DNA of 64,000 nt from assembly GCA_963785305.1 (NCBI GenBank), contig CAWAUV010000007.1, positions 896,001 through 960,000 of the forward strand, written 5' to 3'. This document shows positions 41,766-52,446 of the stretch, in pieces (the stretch's first letter is position 1; each line of letters starts with the position of its first letter). This DNA is from an uncultured Planctomycetaceae bacterium. GTDB taxonomy: Bacteria; Planctomycetota; Planctomycetia; Pirellulales; PALSA-1355. The notes under the pieces are model-generated. The model did no database searches. It was given only the letters and a program-made list of their open reading frames with translations, and had not been told where the DNA came from. The translations under genes were made by a program, and so were the position numbers.

Positions 41766-43970
41766 TCAAGTCGTCGTCGTCTGGCTGTTGTTGATGCGCT
41801 CCAGGAACTGGAGCGGCTTCGTCGCGGGCAGGTTGGCGCCGGGGGCCGTTTGAGCCCCGCCGCCGGAAGCGCCGTAGTGCTTGAGTTGGCTTGCGCCGAC
41901 GCCGCCGATGACCGGCGTGCCGCCCGAGGTGGGATTCGTGATCGAGGTAATCACGTTGGCGGTTCCCCCGCTGCTCGCGGTGATGATCGAGGTCGGGCCA
42001 CCGAATGTGATCGTGTGCGTGTGGTCTTGGTGATCGGCGATCTTCGAGGTGTCGAAGTCGTCGGAGCCGGTCGGGGTGTTGCTCGGCGCGGCGCTGCCGC
42101 CACGTGGGATGAAGCCGCCGCCATAGTAGCCGGTGTTGCCGCTTACCATGTTGATGCCCGAGCCGCCGTTGGCGGTCGAGTTGGCCGTGCCGTCCATGTT
42201 GGCCCAGCCCGGTGCGCTGCTTAAGGCGGCGCCCATGCGGACCGTGCCGATCGGGTCGTCGAGCACGTCGCTCGTGGCGATCGCCGTCAAGCCCCTGAAC
42301 GACACGCCGCTGGTGTTCACGAGTGTCGAGTCCTGCTCGTAGAACAACTCGACGCCGCTGGAGCCGATGCTCGGGAGCCGGGGCGAAAACGCGCTCACGA
42401 TGTCGGTCAGGCAGTACACGCGAAACTTGACATTCGAGCCGCTAATCAATTCGCAAGGCAAATAGGGCTGCACTCCGTAGCTCGATCCGACCCAGCCGGC
42501 GATCGTCTTGGCTCCGCGCCGCGTGAGCCCATTGCCCTTGGCGCTGGCGGTGAAGAGCGGGCGCGGATCGCTCGTGCCGCCCACGCCGCCAGGGTAAGGA
42601 TCGTAGCTGCCGGCCGGGAACGCGAAGAGCTGCTCGTACAAGAGAAAAAAGATCGGCGGCGCGACGTAGCAGGTTTCGCTCCCGCTCGGCGCGACCCCGG
42701 CCGCGATGGAATAATCTTGCCCCGGCATGTCGGAGCAGGCGAACCAGACCTTGCGGCCGTCGGCCGTGTAGCAATCGTAGTATCCCAGGCTCGATGGCTG
42801 GCCATAGGTCGCGTTCGAGATGATGAGCGTGGCGCCTTGCGATGCTCCGGCCCCGGCGCGGCAGAAATAGAGTGGCCGCGGGCTGCTCGTGCCGCCCACG
42901 TTGCCGGGGTAGGGATCGTAGCTGCCCACGAGCTGGGCCTCGTAGCGATCGCCGCACAGAATCACGGGCGGGCTGGGAGTCGTGCCGTAGCTGCCGCCGA
43001 TGTTCTGGAACGAGCCGTCGAGAAAGTAGAGCCACGCCGACACGCCCGCGCTGAATTGTCCGACCGAGTTACCGAAGGTTTGCGTATCGACGGTCACATC
43101 GAAAAACGGCCCGCTCGTCACGCTGGGGAGCACGGGTTGCCCGGTGGCGGGCGAGCCGCTGATGCCCGGCGGGGCGGTGTTCGAGTTGATTCGCACCACG
43201 TCGCTTTGCGAGCCCTTGCGCACGGCGTAAAGCGGGAGCGTGACTCCTGGCGATGATCCGACCGTGTAGGAGCCAACCAAGATACCGATGTACATTTCGC
43301 CGTTGATGAGCGTGGGGCTGGGCGTGCCCGAGCCGCCGATGCCATCGAGGTCGAGAATCCAGCATGTGGGCTGGCCGCTGGTCGAGAGCGTGGGCGTGGG
43401 GTTCGGCGAGAAGCGATTGCCGCCGGTGTCGTTGGCGAAGGTGGGCGCCGTCGTTTGCGGCGTGACGATCGCGCCGGCCCACACCGCTTGGCCATAAGGA
43501 TCGCTCGGCGTGGCGAGCGTGACGCCGGGGGTGTCGATGACTTGCACGACCGCGGTGGTCGAACTGGCGCCGGCGGGTGAGACCAACATCGTCTGGGCTG
43601 TGCTATCGATCACGCCGAGCACGATGAAGCCGTTGGCGGCGCCGGCCGAACCCTTGGTGAGCGACCATTGGCCGCTCTTGGGAATCCAGGTATCGCCCAA
43701 GGCCGGCGTGGCGCTTGAGTCGTAAGTGGCGAGCAAGGGAAAATCTTGCGTGCATTGCCCCTGGGTCCCGGCGGCGACTTGCTGCAAGCCATTGAAAGCG
43801 AACGGCCCGGCGGAAGTGAATTGCCCGCACTCGAGCACCGCCTGACCTTCGTCGAGCGTCACTCCGCCGATGGCCAAGCATGCGCAGGCCGGCGCCGCGG
43901 CGCTGGATTCGGTATTGGTAAATGGCAACCAGCGAACTCGATCGAGCGGCGTGGGAGTGGAGACGGACAT
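41766..43970 (-). CDS. Phage tail fibre-like protein with C-terminal tail-collar domain
   Basis: Gly/Ser/Thr-rich; three internal repeats ending GSY..P..PLY/F; DDPIGTVRM...PGWANMDG collar, HQDHTHT, NLPATKPLQFLER. Confidence 0.75.
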   Translation of the reverse strand: MSVSTPTPLDRVRWLPFTNTESSAAAPACACLAIGGVTLDEGQAVLECGQFTSAGPFAFNGLQQVAAGTQGQCTQDFPLLATYDSSATPALGDTWIPKSGQWSLTKGSAGAANGFIVLGVIDSTAQTMLVSPAGASSTTAVVQVIDTPGVTLATPSDPYGQAVWAGAIVTPQTTAPTFANDTGGNRFSPNPTPTLSTSGQPTCWILDLDGIGGSGTPSPTLINGEMYIGILVGSYTVGSSPGVTLPLYAVRKGSQSDVVRINSNTAPPGISGSPATGQPVLPSVTSGPFFDVTVDTQTFGNSVGQFSAGVSAWLYFLDGSFQNIGGSYGTTPSPPVILCGDRYEAQLVGSYDPYPGNVGGTSSPRPLYFCRAGAGASQGATLIISNATYGQPSSLGYYDCYTADGRKVWFACSDMPGQDYSIAAGVAPSGSETCYVAPPIFFLLYEQLFAFPAGSYDPYPGGVGGTSDPRPLFTASAKGNGLTRRGAKTIAGWVGSSYGVQPYLPCELISGSNVKFRVYCLTDIVSAFSPRLPSIGSSGVELFYEQDSTLVNTSGVSFRGLTAIATSDVLDDPIGTVRMGAALSSAPGWANMDGTANSTANGGSGINMVSGNTGYYGGGFIPRGGSAAPSNTPTGSDDFDTSKIADHQDHTHTITFGGPTSIITASSGGTANVITSITNPTSGGTPVIGGVGASQLKHYGASGGGAQTAPGANLPATKPLQFLERINNSQTTTT

Positions 43971-44018
43971 GATCTTCCAAAACCTTCGGTTTGCGAGAAT
44001 TCGAGTTCGCCGAGCGGC

Positions 44019-45269
44019 TTACGAACGTTGCAGCGAGTAATTGGCGCCGAAGTCGATATCGGCCGCCGCGTCGGGATTCGACACGCCGATTGGGTTGGTG
44101 AATGTGACCCGCTGGCCTGGATCGAGCAGTTTGTATTTGCCGTTGAGGCTGGTGCTGGTTCCGGTCAAGCCGCTTCCACCGCGGCGAAAGTCGGCCGTGG
44201 CGTTGTCGCCCACGGTGAGACTGGTATAGGAAACGATTTCGCCGACCAGGAGCGAGCCGGCGCCGTAAATGGCGATCGCGCCCTGGGCGCCGGCGTTGAG
44301 CGTGGTTTGGCCCGCGCCGTTTTGGGTGAGCGCGGCGACGCCGGAATTGACTTCGAGCGCGCCGCCGGTTTTGCTGATCGTGGTCGCCGTGCAGCCGGCG
44401 CCGAGCCGCACATCGGTGTCGCCCGACTGATTGCTTTGCCATTCCTGGTTGAGCACATGGATCGTGGCGGTTTCACCGGCGAAATTGGCGGCGGCAAACG
44501 AGCCTTTCGAGATGCTGATATTGTTGACGCCGGAGCCGATCCACAGGATCGACTTGACACCGGTTTCGGCCGGCGATCCGGCGCCGGTGATAAAGAGCGA
44601 GGCGCCGGCGGCGCCGGTGTCGAGCTTGAAGCGGCCCGAGCCGGGACTGAGCGAAGCGGCGTCGACGCCGATCCGCCAATACTGCGGCAGATATTCGGCC
44701 ACCTGCACCCCGCCAGCCACGCCGCGATTTCTCGGCAAGCCCACGAAGCCGGTAAACGTCGAATCGACATAGAGCGCCGCGAGTTGCACGCTCGACATAT
44801 CGAGCCCATGGAGGAGCGACACGGCGCTGTTCGTGAGATACACCGCGTCGCCGGTCTGCGGCGCCACTCCGCCCGACCAATTGGCCGCCACATTGGCGAA
44901 GTTCGGACCGCTGGCCGGCGTGGTGTCGGTCCAGGCGAGCGCCCCGGAGCCGGAGTTGCCGGGCCCGAGGCTCGTTTCGAAGTCGAAGGGCGTTCCCGGT
45001 TGGCCGGTGAGCGTCAACGAATCGGCGCCGCCATAGCTGACCGCGATGCCCGTGATTTCAGGCACGCTATTTGGGCTGAGCGCTTGCAGCGTGGCGGCGA
45101 GTCCCGCGGCCACGCTCGCGGCGGTGGGGCTCGCCGGCGCGGTGTACGAAAAGACCTTGGCGCCGACCGTGATTGAAAACAGATCGCCCGCGGCCGGAGC
45201 GCCGCTCACGGTGAATACGCGAACTTGCTGTGTCGCCAGCGCCGAGCCGAGCCAAATACGTGTCGCCAT
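44019..45269 (-). CDS. Phage-type structural protein (Ig-like N-terminus plus probable beta-helix)
   Basis: Starts MATRIWLG after a GGAG RBS; beta-rich, small-residue composition; ANWSGGVAP..GDAVY motif. Confidence 0.6.
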   Translation of the reverse strand: MATRIWLGSALATQQVRVFTVSGAPAAGDLFSITVGAKVFSYTAPASPTAASVAAGLAATLQALSPNSVPEITGIAVSYGGADSLTLTGQPGTPFDFETSLGPGNSGSGALAWTDTTPASGPNFANVAANWSGGVAPQTGDAVYLTNSAVSLLHGLDMSSVQLAALYVDSTFTGFVGLPRNRGVAGGVQVAEYLPQYWRIGVDAASLSPGSGRFKLDTGAAGASLFITGAGSPAETGVKSILWIGSGVNNISISKGSFAAANFAGETATIHVLNQEWQSNQSGDTDVRLGAGCTATTISKTGGALEVNSGVAALTQNGAGQTTLNAGAQGAIAIYGAGSLLVGEIVSYTSLTVGDNATADFRRGGSGLTGTSTSLNGKYKLLDPGQRVTFTNPIGVSNPDAAADIDFGANYSLQRS

Positions 45270-45324
45270 GAGGATATCTCCGTTCTCTTTGCGAGTGCGC
45301 GTGTTTGTAAACGTCGAGCGGTCG

Positions 45325-46071
45325 TCAACTGCTCCAGAAGTTGGGCGTGCCCGCGAGCGGCGCCGTGTCCTCGAAGCGATAACTCCAGGTCGTGCGAAAA
45401 TTGCAGTAGGCGATATTGAGCGGCCCCATTCGTTCGGGACTCGCTTGCGACACCGCGCAAGCCTCGGGCCGCAGCGCATAGGGCCACAGCGGCGCGGGCG
45501 GCGACACATAGCCGAGCGAGCCCACGGCATAGCCGCTTTGAGTCGCCTTGTAGGTCGTTTGCTCGAATAGTAATTGCCTTTGCGGCGGACCGGTGAGCGT
45601 TTGCAAAAACACATACTCCGGCCCGCCGCCGAACCATTCGATCACTTCCCGCCATTCGGCCACTCCGGCCACGAGATTGGGAACAACGCCTTCGACCGCC
45701 AATTCGTAGTTGCGAAACGTGGAATACTCGGCCCCGCGACCCGCGGGATAGGAAACCGGCGAAGTGACTTTGATTCCCCCCAAGGTGTCGGCGCTCAGCA
45801 ACACATGTTCGGTCGGCGAGCCATCGTCTTGATAGAGCCCGAAATCGTGGCCATCGACCGCATAGGCTTGTTCGAGCGCGGCGAGCGCCAGGGTCATGGC
45901 GGCTTGATTGGCCACGGGATCGCCTTGGTCCTCGATCTGCAGACGACCTTGCACTTCGTAGCGCAGCCGCACTCCGGTGAGCGTGCTCGCGCGAGAATAA
46001 ATCGATTGCTTCGAGACACGCAGCGCGCCTTCGCCCACCGCATGTTGATAATTGCCATATTGGATATACAT
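45325..46071 (-). CDS. Phage-type structural protein, possibly distal-tail (Dit)-like
   Basis: 248-aa intact ORF, 6 bp after the hub-like gene; beta-rich with one central helix; fold call is inference. Confidence 0.55.
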   Translation of the reverse strand: MYIQYGNYQHAVGEGALRVSKQSIYSRASTLTGVRLRYEVQGRLQIEDQGDPVANQAAMTLALAALEQAYAVDGHDFGLYQDDGSPTEHVLLSADTLGGIKVTSPVSYPAGRGAEYSTFRNYELAVEGVVPNLVAGVAEWREVIEWFGGGPEYVFLQTLTGPPQRQLLFEQTTYKATQSGYAVGSLGYVSPPAPLWPYALRPEACAVSQASPERMGPLNIAYCNFRTTWSYRFEDTAPLAGTPNFWSS

Positions 46072-46077
46072 GGGAGA

Positions 46078-47739
46078 TCAAGCGATGTTGCGGTTTTGGA
46101 GTTGCCGGAGAAGAACCGCGGGCCGCTCGCGCTCGGCCCGGCGCGTTAGTCCGCGCTGCCGTTCACTCGCGCGGCGCTGGCTGAAGTTGGGGCCAAGCCG
46201 CTGCGATTCTTGGTTGTAGCTGGCGGTGGTGGTGGCTCCGCCGGGTCCGCCGCGCCAGACCACTTGCTGAATCGAACCATCGAGTTCGATCGGCAGAATG
46301 CCCGCATAGCGCACGGTTCGCGGCGAGTTTTGGCCGAGGACATTCGCCAGGCCGGCCAAGAGCGCGTCGCACTGGGCGTTTACCGAGTCGGCGTTGTTCA
46401 CGCTGCCCGAGGGAATCTGGCCGTTGTAGCGGGGTGTCACCGCATACACGATTTCATCATGCGGTTCATGGAGCGCGAGCGAATCGGAATCGCCGCCATT
46501 TTGGCCGCGGGTGTAACGTGTCCAGGCGCCGGTTTCCGCGTCGCGAATGCTCACCGCGGCGCGCAAATAGAGCGTCGCGGCCACGGGCTCCAGTGGCGCC
46601 GCCGAGTTTTGATTCCGATACACCTGCTCGCGAAACCAAACGATCCCACGCTGGCAATCGAGCACGAACGGCCGCCGATAAAACGCCGCCGACGGAAGCT
46701 GGCCAAAATCGGTCGGCGGACTGGCGACGTTGTTGGCCGCGGTTTCCACATCCGTGCAGAATTGGCCGAACACGACCGCCGGCGCGCTCGAAGTGTCGCC
46801 GGCGTCGTCGGTCTCGAGCGTCACTTGCACGCTTTCGAGCGGCGTAATCTGATCGAGCGCTTCGACTTGGCCGAACTCCGCGACCGCGAACGGCGCCGCG
46901 ACACGGTATGCGCGAAACACCCATCGCCGCGCGAGCGGCCGGCTCGCCGTCTCGACGGCCCGGAAGTCCACGAGATCGACTGTTTGCCAACCGTCGTCGG
47001 GCGCATAACTCATATCGTCGATCGGGCCGAGCGATCCATCGACATCGGCCGCCACCGGTTCCAGCGGCAGATCGACTTGATAACGATTCGGAGCGCATAC
47101 GATCGCCGCGGAAGCAATCGGCCGAGGCGAAGTGATGGCCAGGCTGTTTTCCATCACGGTCTCGTCGATCGCGAGCGAAGCGCCTTGCCCGACGACGCAG
47201 ATTTTGACCGTGTCGTCGGTCCGCAGCACGACGCGCAGGCCAAATTGATCGCAGAGCGCCGCGAGCGCGTCGGCCGGCGGCTCTCCCTCCCAGACGACGG
47301 TCGGATTGCCCACGTCGGGCACATCGCCCACGTCGTAGCCATCTTCGTCCAGCGCGTCGAGACACAGCGACACGAGTTGGGCGAGCGATTGGAGAATGGC
47401 GTCGGAGCGGAGCGAGTTGTCGCCGTTGCGCGAGTTGTATGCGCCGGCGATTTGCCCGAAGCCTTGCCACATCCAGCGGCGATCGAGGATCGTGAGCATC
47501 CAGACCATGCCGGCCGAAGATTGACGATAATCGGCCCGCTCGATCTTGCAGTCGGAAAACCCAAATGCGACCGCGCCGAACTCGATCTCGAAGTCGCCGA
47601 TCTGGGCGATGAAATCGTCTTGCGGCGCCGTGGTCAGCGTGAACACGCTGGGGCTGATGCCATGCCGCAGCGCGACGCTCCAGGCCGCCACTTGATCGAC
47701 GCCCGGAAATGTCGCGAGTCCCTGAGGTTCGCCGGTCAT
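46078..47739 (-). CDS. Phage baseplate hub / Tal-like (gp27/GpD-fold) protein
   Basis: LTILDRRW..., SLAQLVSLCL, PPADALAALCDQFGLRVVLRTDDTVKI, and C-terminal IQQVVWRGG.GGATTT; pattern typical of tail hub proteins. Confidence 0.65.
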   Translation of the reverse strand: MTGEPQGLATFPGVDQVAAWSVALRHGISPSVFTLTTAPQDDFIAQIGDFEIEFGAVAFGFSDCKIERADYRQSSAGMVWMLTILDRRWMWQGFGQIAGAYNSRNGDNSLRSDAILQSLAQLVSLCLDALDEDGYDVGDVPDVGNPTVVWEGEPPADALAALCDQFGLRVVLRTDDTVKICVVGQGASLAIDETVMENSLAITSPRPIASAAIVCAPNRYQVDLPLEPVAADVDGSLGPIDDMSYAPDDGWQTVDLVDFRAVETASRPLARRWVFRAYRVAAPFAVAEFGQVEALDQITPLESVQVTLETDDAGDTSSAPAVVFGQFCTDVETAANNVASPPTDFGQLPSAAFYRRPFVLDCQRGIVWFREQVYRNQNSAAPLEPVAATLYLRAAVSIRDAETGAWTRYTRGQNGGDSDSLALHEPHDEIVYAVTPRYNGQIPSGSVNNADSVNAQCDALLAGLANVLGQNSPRTVRYAGILPIELDGSIQQVVWRGGPGGATTTASYNQESQRLGPNFSQRRASERQRGLTRRAERERPAVLLRQLQNRNIA

Positions 47740-48279
47740 GGAAGTCCCCTCCGAGGCAATCGGTCCGCGGCGGATCACGGAAGAGAAACGATTGCGTCCG
47801 CCGGGCGGGAACTTTATCAGGTGTGTCGCGACTTTTCCGCCAGCAAAACCGAGCCACTCGACCGCGATCCGCCGTGGGGGGTGGTGAACGATTTGCGAGT
47901 TCATGTTGGTGGCGACCATGAAACGCCGTTACATTGGTCGGAGCGACTAACAGGCGAATTGCGCCGGCGACGTCCGACGCGTCGTTTGCAATGGACTTAC
48001 GCTCGGCGCCGGGCCTGACAAGGTCCCTCGCTCGGTTTTGAATCGACGGCGAACGCATCGCGTTTTTTTCATGACAATGGACAGCCCCTTTTACTTCCAC
48101 GATCTCGCTCGATGGCAAGACCCGGAGGGAGGGGCAGTCGGAAAAGGAGCTCGTCGGCGAAAAATCCGCATCGACGGCTAAATTGCTGACAGGCGGCGAG
48201 CGGGCGGTTAAAATCGGGGGCGTGGCGAACGCGCCCTACTGCTCGTTGCTCGCACCCGCCCTCCATCCTTCCGCGACCG

Positions 48280-50791
48280 ATGTTCTCCATGCCGCGATCA
48301 CTTCATTGTCGCTGGGCCGCCTGGAATCGGCCTGGGCGAACACGGCTTTTCACTCTGCTCTGGCTTGCCGCATTGGCGCCGGCGATTACCTGGGCCGAGG
48401 AAGCGCCCGTGGCGCCGTCGCCCGCGGCTTTGCCTCCCGCGTCGCCCGACGGCGCTTTGTTCGACGAAGCCGTGGCGCCATTCTTGAAAACGCATTGCAT
48501 GCGTTGCCACGGCGAAAAAGAGCAGAAGGGCGAGCTGCGCATCGATACCCTTTCGCGCGACTTCGCCGCCAGCGGCGCCGCGGTGCATTGGGGCGATGTG
48601 GCCTATCGAATCAGCACCGGCGAAATGCCGCCCGAGCCCGAGCCCCAGCCCAGCGCCGACGAGGCCGCGCGCGTGGCCGAGTTTCTCGATGCGCGGCTCA
48701 AGGAGGGTGAATCGGCTCGGCTCGCGAAGCGCGAAAGGGTCACCTTCCACAAGCTCACTCGCGAAGAGTACGCCAACACGATCTTCGACCTCCTAGGTAT
48801 TCGATTCGATCCTGGCGATCCGAATTGCTTGCCCGAAGACCCGAACTGGCACGGCTTCGAGCGGATCGGCTCGGTGCTGTCGCTTTCGCCGGCGCATGTC
48901 GAAAGATACTTCGCCGCCGCCGACGCGATTCTCGATGAGGCCCTGCCCGACAAGCCGCCCGCCAAGCTCGCGCTCCGCTGGCTACCGTCGGACTTTCACC
49001 GGATCAATGGTCTCGATGAGCTCAAGGCCAAGGGCCTGTTCGATAAGATTCGTCTCGATGTGTGGGCCGGTAGCACCTTCACCGGCCATCCCGGCTCGAA
49101 CCAGGCGCTCCAGATTCCCAGCTCCGGCGAATACATTGGCCGCGTCAAGCTTAGCGGCTTCAAGCCGCCGACCGGGCGAGCGCCGCATGTGGTGATCTAC
49201 TCGTCCGATCTGGACCGGATGCTATTCGAGCAAGACGTGATCGCTCCGGAAGACCAGCCGGTGACGCTCGAATTTCGCACCCATTTGCCCGCCGGTCCGC
49301 ACCTGTTGCGGCTTTGCAATGAAGTGCCGGCCCCCTCGAACTTGGGCCGCCTGGGTCGCTCGGGCGCCAAGCCGTTTTTCAGCATCAAGCAGGGCCGATT
49401 TCCTTGGCAGCGCAAACTGACCGATGAAGAGGGCGTGGCCCTCGAGCCGTTTTTGATCGTCGATTGGGTCGAGTGGGAAGGACCCGTGACCGAGTCCCAG
49501 CCGACCACGATCGAACGGCAATATGGTCTCGTGTCCGACGCCGATGCCGCGCAGGCAAAAGCGGCGCTGGGCCGATTCATCGAACGGGCCTTTCGCCGAC
49601 CGGCGCGCTCCGAGGAAGTCGAGGACTTCACGCGCCTGATGGACCGCGAACTTTCGGCCGGCGAAACCGTTCGCGGCGCGCTCTGCGCGGCCATGCTCGC
49701 CGTGCTCTGCTCGAAGGATTTTATTTATCTCGTCGAAGGCTCGCCCAGCGAAAATGCGCAAGATCAACTCCTGGGAACTCGCCTCGCGGCTGTCGTATTT
49801 CCTTTGGAGCACGATGCCCGACGCATCGCTGCTCGTGGCCGCGCGCGATGGCTCGCTCGGCCGTCCCGAAGTGCTGCGGGCTCAAGTCGCGCGCATGCTC
49901 GCCGACGAGCGGATTTCGCGGTTTACGAGCGCCTTTGCCCGGCAATGGCTTCAGTTGCGCCTAGTCGGCCAGTTCCCGCCCGATAAGAAACTCTATCCCG
50001 ACTACGACACCTACTTGCAAACGAGCATGGTCGAGGAAACGACGCGCTTCTTCGGCGAGACGTTGCGCGAGAAACGGACCTTGCGCGAGTTTCTCGATTC
50101 GGATTGGACAATGCTTAATTCCCGGCTTGCCTTGCACTATGGCATCGCCGGCGTGGAAGAAGACCGATTTCAGCGCGTGGCGCTGAGGCCGGAAGATCAT
50201 CGCGGCGGACTGCTCACCCAGGCCGCGGTGCTGAGCCTTACTTCCGACGGCACGCGGCATCGGCCGGTGCATCGCGGCAAATGGGTCTTGGAGTCGATCA
50301 TTGGCCGCTCGCCTCCGCCGCCGCCCGCCAATGTCAAGCCGGTGGAGCCGACACCGGCGAACCGGCCGAAGGCCAGTTTGCGCATGAAGCTGGCGGCCCA
50401 TGAGAGCGACGCGAATTGCGCGGCCTGCCATCGCAAGATCGACCCGCTGGGTCTGGCGTTTGACAACTACGACGCGATCGGCCGCTGGCGAACCGAAGAA
50501 GCGGTGACCGATGGCAGCGGCGCGAACCCGGCCGTCGACGCCAGCGGCGCCCTGGCCGATGGGCGCACATTCGACGACGCGGTTGGGCTCAAGCGCCTCT
50601 TGCTCGGCGATCTCGATAAGTTCAACGCCGCATTCATCGAAAAAACCGCCACCTACGCCCTTCGCCGGGCAATGACGGTCGACGACCGCGCCCGGCTCGC
50701 CGAACTGGCCCGGCAAAGCAAGGCCGCCGATTATCAGGTGGAAGCGATTATCATGAATCTGGTGCTTTCCGATCTTTTTCAGAGCCGATAG
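48280..50791 (+). CDS. Planctomycete DUF1592/DUF1588-type cytochrome c domain protein (frameshift near 49757)
   Basis: CMRCH and CAACH haem motifs; LTREEYANTI, ELASRLSYFLW, RGGLLTQA, PVHRGKW. Confidence 0.92.
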
Positions 50792-50947
50792 AAACAATCG
50801 CCGGAGTAGCCGAACAATTTCGCCCTTTGTGGAGAGCGCGTGACCGCTGGCGCCGCCAACGACAATGTCGTTTGCGATATAACGAGTCGACGGCGAACTA
50901 TTTTTCGAACCATCCTCGAGTCTCGAACCCTCGAAAGACACCCAAGC

Positions 50948-52349
50948 ATGAGCGGATTTCTCGCACAACGATGGCTGCTCGATCGTCGGCACTTTCTCCG
51001 CGGCGCCGGGGCTTGCGTGGCGCTGCCGCTCTTGAACTGCATGACTCCGTCGAGGGCCAAAGCCGCCGACCGGGCCGCCCCGCCGCGCCGAAGCGTTTTC
51101 GTCTATATTCCCAACGGCGTGAATGTGCTCACCTGGCAGATCACCTCGGCTGGACGCGACTATGAACTAAGCGAACCACTCAAGCCGCTCCAGCGCCATC
51201 GCGAGAACTTCACTCCGTTCAGCGGGCTTCATCACCCAAACGGCATCGGACAGGCCCATGTGTGCGCCGACACTTGGCTCACGGGCGCCAAGATCAGCAT
51301 GGAAGGCGCCGGTTACCACAATTCGGTCTCCTGCGACCAGTTGATGGCCGAAGTCACTTCGCCGAAGACGCGTTTCGCCTCGCTCGAGCTTTCGATCACG
51401 CCGGGCGTGGGTCAACCGAACAATTCGACCACGCTGGCTTGGTCGCGCGATGGCGTGCCGCTGCCGGCCGAGGACAATCCGCGCCATGTGTTCGATCGCC
51501 TGTTCGGTCAGGAGCCGGGTGGCATCGAGGCGCGGCGCCGCCGGCTCGATCGACGCCACGGCGTGCTCGACGCGGTGCTCGAAAGCGCTCGCTCGCTACG
51601 GCAAACGCTCGGCGCCGAGGATCGCGGCAAGCTCGATGAATATCTGACGCGCCGTGCGCGAGGTGGAGATTCGCACCGAGCGTCTCGATGCTTGGCTCAC
51701 GATTCCCAAGCCCGATGTCGAGCCGTCGCTCGCCGCGCATTTGCGGCGCGATGTGCCCCGCACGCAAGCCGGCGAATACTACCGCACGATGTACGATCTG
51801 ATCCTGCTCGCCCTGCGCACCGATATGACGCGCGTGGTTTCCTACATGAGCGGCAGCGAGGGCATCGGGCTGCCGCTGCCCGAGATCGGCATCAGCCAAG
51901 GCCGGCATGAGCTTTCGCATCACAATGGCGACCCGGAAATCATGAAGCGGCTCACGCGGAGCGACACCTTCATCGCCGAGCAGCTTGCCTATTTTCTCGA
52001 TCAACTCCAGTCCATTTCCGAGGGCGAATCCTCGTTGCTCGATCGCACGATGGTGCTCTTCGGCAGCGGAATGAGCTACGGCCACAGCCACGGCAACGCC
52101 AATTTGCCGACGATTCTCGCGGGCGGCAAGGCGCTCGGCCTGAAGCATGGCCAGCACATCGACTACAACCTCCCCAAGATCGGCAAATACGATCTGGCCA
52201 ACGCCGGCGGTCACTATTCGATCTGCCACACGCCCCAAGACGGCAATGCGCGTATGACGAACCTCTTGCTCACGATGCTTCAGAAAATGGAAGTGCCGGC
52301 CGAGCGGTTCGTCGACAGCCTGGGCCCCGTCTCGGAACTGATCGCCTGA
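50948..52349 (+). CDS. DUF1552-family protein with Tat-like signal (frameshift near 51650)
   Basis: [49 protein letters not shown]. Confidence 0.92.
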
Positions 52350-52446
52350 ATCACGCGCGGTTTTTTCCTCGCGGCCGCGTCGGCGCGGCCACCACAGTTT
52401 GTGTTTCCTCCATCGCGTCTTTTGGAATTTGCAATCCAGCATGTGC

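Noticed and set aside
42552..42926. DGR template/variable repeat pair in the fibre gene
   Set aside because: Both copies are in frame mid-gene, differences are not adenine-specific, and there is no reverse transcriptase
41766..47739. Complete prophage, T6SS or eCIS
   Set aside because: No integrase, terminase, capsid, sheath, tube or baseplate wedge genes recognisable in the window
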